Source of the DNA: Stegostoma tigrinum
Lineage: Eukaryota
Direction of reading: 5' to 3'
Assembly: GCF_030684315.1 (NCBI RefSeq)
Contig: NC_081396.1
Span: 1,488,001-1,552,000 of the forward strand
Length of the DNA stretch: 64,000 nucleotides
Shown: positions 53,561 to 63,984 of the stretch, one piece after another
Position numbering within the stretch: the first letter of the stretch is position 1
Layout of the letters: each line of letters opens with the position of its first letter
Notes under the pieces: generated by a model
Told to the model about the DNA's origin: nothing
Databases searched by the model: none
The model's input: the letters and a program-made list of their open reading frames with translations, nothing else
Translations under genes and position numbers: made by a program

Positions 53561-53964
53561 ATTAATCAAAATGCACTTCATATGATCAAGGCTATAACCT
53601 TTGTTTTCAGAAACAGACAACATTTCAACCTATTTTGGCTAAATTGTGTTTAAGAAAGAAAGGAATAAGGTAAGGGGGTAGGAAAGAAGAAAAACAGAAT
53701 TGAAAAAAGCTGATAAGTGGCAGAATATGTTCATGTATTTTGCAGTCGGATTGTCAAAGAGCAGCAGAAAATGTGTAGTGTTAGGTTATAAAACACACAG
53801 CTGAGCAAGTAAATAGTAATTTCGTTGTAATGATATGATATAAGTGATACGTATCGGCCCTGAACGACAGACAGATTTTTAAAACATTAAATTTCGGAGC
53901 AGGCAGTGTTTCATACACAGTTGCACGGGAAATATTGGTAGGACAGTTTTCTGTTTTGCTCTGC

Positions 53965-54866
53965 CTATCGTTTTATGTAGGCGATGAGTATTTGGAAGGG
54001 GCATGTCAATAGCTTCTTCAGTTCCTTTCTGAACATTTTCTGCGACACCACATAAATGAAGATGTTGTTGCAGGAACTAATTAACATGAACATGTTGGTA
54101 GTTTCTTGAAGGATGTACTGTGGGGCTCCAAAGTTCAGGCTGCTGACGTACTCATCGCGTGCAACCAATCTGTAAAGGAAACGTCCGATATAGGTGGCCC
54201 AAAGGAGGAGGAAACTGAGCGTGACGGCAAACAGCAGGACGATTGACCTCTTACGGTTAGCCATCTCTATGTCATCACGATTTGCAGTGCTCAGAAGCCT
54301 CTTTCGTGCTCTGCTCGCTGCAAGGATGTGCCTGACAATCAGGACGTTGAGAAGCAGAATGAGGAGGAAAGGGAGAAAAGGGCTTAAGATACGGTCGAGC
54401 CAGTAGTATGATTGCCAGGCAGACGCAGTATGGAAATGGGGCTTGATGTTACAGAACCAGGGCACACCATCCAGAATGTATAAGGGTTCGTAGATAAAGT
54501 AGTATGGAATGTTCTTAATGCAGATAAAAATACAAATGATTCCGATGACTAGTGATGCAGTTTTCTCAGTGCAGTAAATGGACTTCATGCTCTGGCAGCA
54601 GAAGGACATAAACCGATCAATTGTGAAGGCCACTGTCAGCCATACAGAACCATCCCGAGCTGCATAGACCATCACAGCATTGATGCTGCAGCCGGGGGTG
54701 GTAGATAGGACACTGTAGCTAAAATAGATGCTGCCAATTCTGTTTAATACGCACCCGGTAAAGATGACAAAGAAATCTGCCACCGCTATTGCCTTCAGAT
54801 AGTAAGTGATGCATCGAGACAGTCCACATTGTCCTCGAGCTAGGATTACAATCGCCAACAAGTTTG
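53965..54866 (-). CDS. GPR139-like GPCR paralog 3, exon 2 (intact)
   Basis: Acceptor 'cacctttcacAG' ends at 54867. ANLLAIVILARGQCGLSRCITYYL...SVWLTVAFTIDRF...SPFLPFLLILLLN...SSCNNIFIY. Spliced CDS is 972 nt (323 aa), about 60% identical to paralog 2 by eye. Confidence 0.92.
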
Positions 54867-55511
54867 CTGTGAAAGGTGAAGAAAGTGAAATATGACACTG
54901 AGCGGGACGAAATAATCTGTTTCACTATTCTGGAACTGAAAGAGTCCACCTCTTTGATTTTCCATGCTCAAAAATGGCTTCTTTTTAACTTCAAAACTCA
55001 TTGCTTATGGCTCAATATTCACCATTGAATGAAAGATATGTTCATACAGGAATCATTTCAGGCCGCTTGCTGGCCACTGAGATGGCTCCTGTAACTGAGA
55101 ATTCAATTTAAACCCATCCTAAGGATTTGCTGCCCACAGTTTTAGTCAGTCTAATCCAATTTATTCACATACCCTCACTGCCTTTCTGTCTGGAGGCTTC
55201 ACGATTTTAGCAATTTCATCTCCTAATTTTGAAGTCCTGTCGCAGTCTCTATGCTCTCAGAACTGTTGAATTCTGCGATCATCAGAGATCACCAAGTCTG
55301 TCAAGATTCTATTCAAAGGTGGTGTCTTGTGCTTCTCTGATGTTAATCTGTTGCATTATTGGTCATTTATTGACCAGGTTCTCGTCAGTGAAAATCAATC
55401 CTTCCGAGATTCTGACTCTTGTCCCTTCTAAAGGTCATCCCCACTTCCTTTTCCACTGTCAAATTTGATGGTTAAAACTCCTGTGAAGCATGCCCACTTT
55501 ACCAGTGAAAA
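54835..55511 (-). repeat. Inverted duplication, arm 2 (donor: intron 3' end, acceptor and first 32 nt of exon 2)
   Basis: Reverse complement of 52248-52924. Confidence 0.95.
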
Positions 55512-56050
55512 TTACAGATAAGCAACCATTCTTCCCTTTTTTCAGAAACTATTGCATCCGCTGATGATATAAACAGATGATAATACCTTGAAAGTCGAAC
55601 ATGCAAAACTCCTCTGAAGAAGACAATGTAAGAATTAACTTTAAATCTTTTGAAAACACTCATTTCTTCCTGCATCTCTTTTGTCATTCTAGATGAAAAG
55701 CCAATGGTGCTGAATTATCACGAAACATAACAACGTTACTATTTCATCTCACATTGAATACATTAGATTGCACCTCAATACATTATGACAGAAGCTCATG
55801 TTAGAAATTGAATGGTCTAAAATTCAAGCGTTTTATTACTTAAGAAATATCAGCTTTACAGAAGTGCACTTCAAGGTACTGATTTTTAAAGTTCTGAAAT
55901 ACCAGTGCAAAGAATGCCATAACGTACCATAACGCAATCTAATATTGTGAGCTGTTATTCTCGGACAACACCAAATATTAGAAACAATATGAAAGAGAAG
56001 AACAAATACATATGAAGAAAATAAAGATTTCATTGGAATCCATTAATTAC

Positions 56051-56120
56051 CAGGTGCGCCAATAACAGCAAGAAAGGGATACACAATGGCAAAGAAGATT
56101 CCATTTGCTGGACCATGCAT
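56051..56120 (-). CDS. GPR139-like GPCR paralog 3, exon 1
   Basis: MHGPANGIFFAIVYPFLAVIGAP+G, 70 nt, GTAATT donor at 56050-56045. Confidence 0.9.
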
Positions 56121-56193
56121 CCTTATTTTCAGAGAATGAAGGAATGCCAGAGGATGGAGGCTTTATGTCTGAGCCATGTTCATTTGTCCCTTA

Positions 56194-56228
56194 TTTATTC
56201 TAACTTAGGCTCCCCGAAGGGACAATGA
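56194..56228 (-). promoter_or_regulatory. Conserved GPCR promoter cassette
   Basis: TCATTG-TC-CCTTCGGGGA-(11 nt)-AATAAA, 74 nt before the ATG. Confidence 0.6.
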
Positions 56229-56938
56229 CGTTACATAATAATAATAATCAGTTACTGTTCGGTGAACAATTATTTCGCTCCCTTAGCCTAATCTAATTTG
56301 CGAATCAGCTTAGGTATTGTATTTAGCAAATTCATAAGATGTTGAATTGTTATTGATTTGTTTTAACTGAAGGGGAAACACTTACATACGAACGCGCGGC
56401 CACATGGTAATCACAAAACTTTCATTTGTTGTGCTGAACTACAAATTCAGGAAAAAAATACCTCCAAATGTTAGAGGTCCTCCTCAGAGTTTCTGATCCT
56501 TGGAAAACATTCGATAATTTAACTGCAATAATTCTCTGTGGCGCAGAATTGCGCAAACTGACCACTCTCTGGCTGAGGTAGAATATATTCTTGACTCTAT
56601 TCACGCTTAATGTTTGAGGAAAACCATAACCCGATGAAATAATAGCAGAGGAAGCAACCAACACCATAGTGAAGAATACATTTTGAGTTCATTATAATTC
56701 GGGCAAAATCAAAAAGAATTAGCAGCTAATATTTTGCTGCAAGTGTCAACATTGTACGTCATTACTGTGCAGAGTGTATCTAAAATGGAATAATTTATTT
56801 CCTTCAATGTGCATGTGAGATGTTATTGGGATAACATCCCATTGATTTCTTATACTTCTATTAATTAATGTCCTTTATGTGCCTTCACACAGGTATGCGG
56901 GCACTGCCTTAAAGTTTCCTGCCCAGATAGGAATTAGG

Positions 56939-57588
56939 TGTCAGGCTTTGTAACTCTGAATCTTCCTACACATCGGTGTGCAGACACTGTTCTCAGCTTC
57001 CTGTCTGAATAGAATTAGAGTTAACCTGTGCAAATCTTTATCTTTCTGCACAGGGCTATGTTGAAACTGTCTCAAATAAGGTTAAATAAGGAGCATTTGT
57101 AAAGGTGTGAGACTTCTGAAGTCTGTAACTTCTGTCTCTGACAAAGGGGACAGGGCACTGACTTTGTTCCAGCCAGACACATTGGCATTTTGAAATTACA
57201 TTCTGTCACGTTAACAACTTGAAATCGCCGACTGTCATTCACTACCACTTCACAAATGATCGATACTATGTCCTGGTCTTTTATGTTCTTGATGTATTAA
57301 TTGTTTTGTGTCCTGTCTTTGTCTGTTGTAATAATTGTTTTATGTATCATGTCATTGTGAGATATAAAATCGTTTTATGTATTATGCACTCTGTAAAGTA
57401 TAAAAAGTGGGGACTGTCTGCTGCTCGGGGACAATTACTTGCGAGACTCTGCATTCTATGCTGGGTTAAGTACAGTGATTCTCCACGGCTTCTACTTGCT
57501 TGATAATAAAGGATTTGTGTTTTTCTAAACAGGTCAGTATCGTGTTATTGCATCAAGTCCGTGAGGGTCTCCGAAAACAAACCTGACA
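56939..57588 (+). mobile_element. Endogenous retrovirus 5' LTR (650 bp)
   Basis: TGTCAGG...CCTGACA terminal inverted repeat, TATAAAAA at 57399, AATAAA at 57505, followed 2 nt later by a PBS. Confidence 0.8.
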
Positions 57589-57590
57589 TT

Positions 57591-57608
57591 TGGCGTTGCG
57601 AGCAGGTA
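57591..57608 (+). promoter_or_regulatory. Primer-binding site, tRNA-Ser-like
   Basis: TGGCGTTGCGAGCAGG, 14/16 to the tRNA-Ser-type PBS TGGCGCAGCGAGCAGG (recalled, not searched). Confidence 0.7.
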
Positions 57609-57808
57609 TCCGACTTCTACAGCAGTCTTATGTGCAGGGCTGAATAAGTGACCGTTCAAATGTCGAAGGAGTGAGACGCATGGGCCCGCAAGGTTCGATT
57701 CACCTTGGTCTCTCTCACTAACCTGCCACCCGTGCGACCCCTCGTCCCTGCATGCTTCTGTACTCACGGAACCCCGAGATGACTCATGGTCTTGAACACT
57801 GCTAAATC

Positions 57809-58071
57809 CTAACGCCTGGTGGTTCGAGTCCCCAGGTTAGTCAAGAAATCGGGAGGTTTGAGTCCTCCGGTGGAACTCGGAAATGAAGCCCAGGAGGATA
57901 GTGTCCCCCGATGGCCGGGGTTTGAGTCCCTGATTCAAATGATTGAGAAAAGAGAAAAAAATCCGGGAGGTTCGATTCCCCCGGTGGCCTGGGCTAAAGA
58001 CCCTGATACAAGCAACTGAAAAAAAAATTCCCGGAGGATAGAGTCCCACAGTGACTGGGGTTGAGTCCCTG
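57809..58071 (+). repeat. Leader array of GG-TTCGAGT-CC (T-arm/B-box-like) hairpins
   Basis: Up to four ~65-nt units (the first partial), mostly with two short-stem/7-nt-loop hairpins, e.g. GGAGG-TTTGAGT-CCTCC at 57852-57868. Confidence 0.7.
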
Positions 58072-58299
58072 AGTCGGGCATTTGGGAAAAGGGAGGGGAT
58101 AGTATAAGATTGGGAAGGTACAGAAAGTGTTCAGACCTAGGTACAGAATAGTTACAGTGTCTGTTTCAATCACCCTGCCTGAGACCGATTGTTAAGAGGG
58201 GAAATGCCCCACGCGAAGGTCAGGACCCTTAAGTGGGTGTTGAGACGAAGGACTCTGGTGTAGTATATAGAAACAAGTAAAAAGTGAAAGCGCTGGATA

Positions 58300-59535
58300 A
58301 GTCAGGTGTCAGAACCCCTTTACGTCTGTTATGCTGGGATGACCCTGCAAATGAAGTACAATACAGGAGTCTGTCGGCATGCTTAAGCAAAAAAAAATGG
58401 GAAATGAGAATTAGGCATTGCGTGGAACGTGGGGTATAAATGTATTTACTAAAGCAGAAGAGGCACTGGAGAGGGTTAACGTCATTCTGGGGAAAGAGAG
58501 CTGAAGAGCTGACTGAAAAATCAAAACTGGCCAGTTGGGTGGATAATGCACATAGGAAAGAGATCAGTGGCTGTGATAATGCGGGGAAACCTAAAACGTG
58601 GGGTAAGTTTTAAAAGTGCAGTGTAAGGATCATGAGATGAATGAAAGAAAAAAGAGTTAAACAAGGAAGGCAGGAGAGAGAACAACGAGACAAATAACGG
58701 AGACGAGAGTGGCAGGCCGCGTTGACGGAAAACAAAAAAATCTGAGACACCTCCTGACATATCTGGCATGCCGATGTTGTTCCAAATTAATGATACAGAT
58801 GAACAAGACGAGGAGGACTGGGGAAGGCATCCCTCTGCCCCATCGGGACCAATACCTCCACGACTACCCTACACGTCCTTGGCTGGCCTACATCTGCAGG
58901 CACCCCAACCCTGCAACAGTCCCAGCAATCGCCCAAAGATGTGTCACTGCCACCGTCCGTTGACCAAACCAAACCGCCTACAGAATCTCCAAGCCCTTCT
59001 GTAATCAGCCCACAAGAATCCCCTGACAAACCCGCGGCTTGTACAGACGCTGTCTCCTGTCGTACTCGGTCTCAAACTCAACAGGCAAACAGAAAACCGA
59101 ATACAGAATGGACCACTAGTGAACTGAAGGAGGGATGACAGCATTCGTTTAAAACCCATGAGAAGCCTGGGGAAACATGAGTCCCGGGTGCAGTTCATTC
59201 GACCATCTAGCACCTGTTTAGTATTTTGAGTGTTTCCTAGTGATTCTACAAGTAGCGAAGAATATGATAGTCCCTACTCACAGGCAGAGGAGCGTGAATC
59301 TGAGGACAGAGTTTGAAAGAGATCCTCGAATAGACATCCCCTAAAGAAGGACCCCTGTATGAAAAATCACCGACAATTTCCTAATTGAACAGTCCCTCAT
59401 CCGAACCCAACACAAGGGGCTCAAAATACATTGCAGGTCTATACACTTGGAAGCCACAAGAGGTGTGTTTAATTATATCAAGGGCCCCTCATCGAAAGAC
59501 TAACCCAGAAGATTTTAATAGATTATACCCTGGAC
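58300..59535 (+). pseudogene. Decayed retroviral gag (Pro-rich region, start of capsid)
   Basis: 'PSAPSGPIPPRLPYTSL' late-domain-like segment and 'YTWKPQEV..IISRAPHRKTNPEDF'; multiple stops. Confidence 0.55.
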
Positions 59536-59574
59536 ACTATTCAAATGTACCAAGTCACCCCCCAAGACCTCTTC

Positions 59575-60035
59575 AGCCTGTGCTGCATCTATGCTGCGCT
59601 CTCCAGTCCTCAGGGTCAGTCCCGGGAACTTGACCTCCCTCAACCTTATCTGTGATTTCTTATGGTTTACCTTTAACTCGCTCTTGGACGGGAGTCGTAA
59701 CAACTCACTAACTAGGGGGCCATGTTCCTCACTATTGTCTGTGAACAACAGGATGTCGTCCACATACTGTACAAGCATGTGTGGCTCACTAAAATCTTTT
59801 GAACAGTCTGCCATACACCGGTGGAAAATGCTGGGGTTATTATGGAAACACTGTGGCAGACAACTCCACGTGTACTGTTGTCCTTTAAAAGTAAGTGCGA
59901 ATTTGTACTGATCCTCCTGCCGAACCGGGCCAGAACAGAAACCATTCGAGATATCCAGCACCGTGAAATTCTCACCCTCCTTGCTTTAAGGCAGGAGAGC
60001 ACCTTTCCATCAATGGCACGCACCATTGGTTTGGA
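59575..60035 (-). pseudogene. Antisense reverse-transcriptase fragment, spuma/loki-like signature
   Basis: LDISNGF...QYKFALTFKGQQYTWSCLPQCFHNNPSIFH...LVQYVDDILL...KVNHKKSQ. Confidence 0.85.
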
Positions 60036-61554
60036 ATTCACGACCACTTACCAAGGTAACTGACATCTCTTGAAACTGTCAGCTGCGGTTTCTCACACAG
60101 TGTGGCTCCAGTGGGTAGGGGATCGGGGTAAGTTCACAACCACTTATCCAGGTAATTGATACCTCTTCAAAATACCGGCTGTGGCTTCTCCCACAGCGGT
60201 GGCTTCGCTGGGTCCTAGGGCCTATCATCCATTCATTCATTCCAGCTCTGAGGATGTGTCGCTGAACCTGAAAATTAAGTCTTTTTTAAAGAATTTCTGA
60301 TTTTTGTGTGATAAATTTGTTTTTTTCTCAACATATATAATTTGGTCAATTTCCACTATAATTCTTGACTAGTTGTTGACTGATGTTGATGTACACGCAC
60401 ATGGTAATTTTTTAAACCAACGAGAGTTTTCTTCTCCCTCCTGCCTCTCTGTCTCTCTCTAAGTTCAGGACAGCATTGCAATGTTAGTGCCATTACTGCC
60501 TCTCTGGTTCAGTTTGGCAAATGGGATATAGTGACACTGTGCAAATGAGACATGAGACAGAGCAGAGATTCCTCCTGTGTGCTAACCCTGTTGCCTTTTC
60601 GCCTGACTGATAGCAATGAAAATGCACAGTGGGTATTGAAGCTATCCTACCCAGTATGTGGATTTGCTTCACTACCACTGGCGTCATAGCTGCCATGAGT
60701 CAGTCTACGCTCCTTGGTGCTCCCACAAGGCCACAAGGTAAGTGAGAGAATGCTTCTATTCTGAACTCAATCTCTTGCTCCATCCCAGTGTTCACTGTTT
60801 ACTGTCTGTACGTGGACAGTCATCCTACTCTCGTCTGCTGCTTGTGCATGCACCAGGGCTGCAATGAAGCCACGTGCTGAAAGCCAGCTAACCCTGAACC
60901 TCCACTACGGGCTGGAACATTTCTACTGGGTTTGTCACATTTGTCAGTTGTTAAATCGATTACTTTCCTTTGCACCGTACAGCTCTTTTACGGCAGTGAT
61001 TGTGTTGCAGACCTTCACTTGCAACCCCCTCCCGCCCTGCCATGCCTCAGTAGTGAACATAGGACTAAGAACAAGAATAGACTGAAAAGCCCTGCACATG
61101 TGCTCTTCCATTCACTAAGATCATGGCTGATCTCATTGTGGTTTCAACCAAACATTGCTGTTTCTTCCCCTTGTGTTTGCACTGCCATTCTTCAGATATC
61201 AAGGACATAACTTTCACAGTCTACTTTATCACTTACACACACACACACATACGTCCTACTGAAGCTTTCAGGTTTACAGTAGGCTCTTTAAACTTGAATT
61301 ATAATGACCGGGTGCCTGCTACTCCACTCGCCTGGACACTGTAGTTCAGGGATTATCCCCTTGTTCCCAAATTCTCTCTGCGATTTATTCCTTATCTCTT
61401 CCTGTTCCACTATTAACCCAGTCACATTTCTGAGCCACCCACCACATGGCTGCCCTCTCAGGAAGCAATTTCGAAACTCTCCCGCCCGGACCTTACTGAT
61501 GCCCCACTCCCTTCTCAGGATTGTTAACGTCCTTATGTATGCCAATCCAGAGCT

Positions 61555-62930
61555 CCCTGTTTGTTAAAAACCTTCTCAAGGCAATCCTCCTCCCTAAGCA
61601 ATTGGCTACTATCAAATGCGCTGCCCATGCCACTGTTGATTCTATAGTTACTTGCGGCAACGCTCGGACTGATCTGGCTACTAGCCAGGCTGCTGCTGAC
61701 CATTTTTAAAAAATTATACCCTTTATGAACAAACAAGCGGTAAATCACACACCTTCAGACAAGATGGAGATTCCAAATGTCGTCACTGTTCAGCACTTAC
61801 AGGGGTAGGCCATTGCTTTAGGAAAGAAATATTTGGAAGGCGCATGGATGCTTGCATTCAGAGTCCTCAGGCCTTTGGGTGACCCCAGTCGGCCAAATGT
61901 GTGCCCCTGATACTTTGTTACCTATTATTGTTGACAGTCTGTATTCTGACACCCACCTTGGCAAGGAGGGAATGTTTGGTATTATGCTCCGTACCTGGTG
62001 GCACCCCAGACTGACTGAGGCAGCCCAGTCTCATGTAACATCATGTCTCACACGCCAGCAAAACAATGTGTGTCAGGGAATGAGAGATGCTCACCAGGGA
62101 AAACACCCTTGCCAGGTGGACCGTTTGAATGCATTCAGTTAGATTTTATTGAATTGCCGCACGTAAGCTGTTATAAATATTTTCCTATCGTTGGAGATGT
62201 ATTCAGTCGGTGGATAAAGGCTTTCCCAATGACAAACAACAAAGCCTCGACAGTAGTAAAACTATTATTAACTGAAATAATAACGAGGCTTGGAGTGCCG
62301 TGACAAATTAGTTCCAACAACGGCCCTCACTTTGCAAGAAAGGTGAATAAGGAAATGTGTGATACGTTGCAAATCCAACAGCAATTTCAGTGTGCCTACC
62401 AGCCTCGGGCAGCAGGGATAGTGGAACGAGCTAAGAGAACACTTAAAACGAAATTGACCAAGTTGACATTGGAGACCGGCCTTAATTGGCTGAAGGTTTT
62501 GCAACTAGCGTTGCATCACATGCGAATAACGCCTCATTCTACTACTGGGCTCTCAGCTGCAGAAAGAGTCGATGGCCAGCCCAGTAGAACACCGTGGGAT
62601 GCCAATACCAGCCCGCCCACCCAAATTGACCTAAATGTTATGGGAGAAGAAATGCAAAGTTACTTCCAACAACTAACATCATCATAAAAGTGTCTCCATT
62701 CGCAGGTGAAGTGCGCCTTCAGACCACCTCTGCAGACACCGGACCAAGCCCTCAAGATTTGGGATCAGTCTTCATGGCCACAGATTGGAGATTTTGCAAT
62801 TGTCCGGGTCTGGGATTGCCCCAAGCTTGGACCAATGTGGAAAGGAACGCACCAAGTCCTTCTCCAGACTCCGACAGCTCTTAATGTTAAAGGGCAGAAT
62901 CGCTATATCCACCTACATGACGGTAAACGA
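61555..62930 (+). pseudogene. Epsilon-like retroviral pol fragment (RNase H end plus complete integrase), disrupted
   Basis: LLKAILLPKQLATIKCAAH...GNA; HLGKEGM...WWHP; PFECIQLDFIELP...DVFSRWIKAFP; AYQPRAAGIVERAKRTLK; PMWKGTHQVLLQTPTA. Confidence 0.85.
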
Positions 62931-63135
62931 TGAATTTCCTGATCACCTTGCAATTAATCATTGGACTGAGTATTATTCTGCCCTTATATGGCCAGCAGGA
63001 CAATCTGTTTTATAGGACACACATCTAGCTGCACGGAAATCAGACAGCATGTTACTGGCTTGCACGGTCCGCAGAAGCGTTATTTGTGGCAACACCTGCC
63101 TGGAACCCGAGTCAGCTTTATGAAGTAGAGTACTC
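62930..63135 (+). pseudogene. Probable env N-terminal fragment
   Basis: Signal-peptide-like QLIIGLSIILPLYGQQDNLFY...GNQTACYW directly after the integrase; truncated. Confidence 0.4.
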
Positions 63136-63144
63136 CAGTAAGCC

Positions 63145-63984
63145 TTGCCGAGGATAGATGGGATTGCAGGAACCGCAGTAGAATCGGGGCGCCTACCCGG
63201 GAACTGGTCGGCACAGTCCTGTGAAGTGTACGCCCTGATGAGAGCAATGGAGTTTTTGGGCAACCGGGAAGGCACAATCTACACTGATTCAAAGTATGCA
63301 TTTGGAGTAGTGCATACATTTGGCAAAATCTGGAAAGAGCGGGGGATGATAACGACAAGGGGGAGGGAGCTGGCCCATGAACAATTGATTAAAAAGACCT
63401 TGGACGCGCTCATGAAATCTGAAAGAATAGCGGTAGTACATGTTCCAGGACATCAAAAGGGAAATTCACTGGAGGCCAGAGGGAACCGAATAGCTGACGA
63501 GAACGCCCGAAAGACTGCCCAATCCGCGACGGTGCGAATGATGTCTCTGAACCCGTTGGGGGAACGGGTAAAGAAGGTACCGCTTTTCTCAGGCTCCAAT
63601 AAGGAGCGGATGAAAAAGGAGCTGGGAGCCAGACAAACAGCGGACGGGAAGTGGTGGCTTCTGGATGTTAGACATATACTAAACAAGGAGGTAACCAGGC
63701 GACTGCTGCACGAATTGCACTCCCAGTCCCATTGGGGAACCCAGGCGTTGTGTGATACCCTTTTACGAACTTACACATGTTCCGGTGTATGTACCTTAGC
63801 GAAAGAAACGGTGTCAGGATGTATAGTCTGCCAGAAAGTGAATAGAAAGGTGATGAGGGCACCACCAAAAAGGGGACAGCCATTGGCAGTACGACCATTT
63901 CAACGAATACCGATGGACTTCACTGAACTCCCTAGAGCCCAAATGTGGGGGTATATACTGGTGATATTAGACCACTACACCTGA
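63145..63984 (+). pseudogene. Second pol fragment, gamma-like class I ERV (RNase H plus integrase N-terminus)
   Basis: SAQSCEVYAL, IYTDSKYAFGVVH, HVPGHQKG..GNRIAD, HHCC finger (HSQSH...CIVC) and PFQRIPMDFTELP; in-frame TGA inside DHYT*RVEAF. Confidence 0.9.

Noticed and set aside
52291-55468. Twin 79-aa ORFs (MKSCRSLY...) on opposite strands
   Set aside because: By-product of the inverted duplication of intron sequence; non-ATG start and no recognisable protein features.
57809-58071. Possible tRNA genes or CRISPR-like array
   Set aside because: Only T-arm-like hairpins without A-box or cloverleaf; vertebrate ERV leader, no unique spacers or cas genes.
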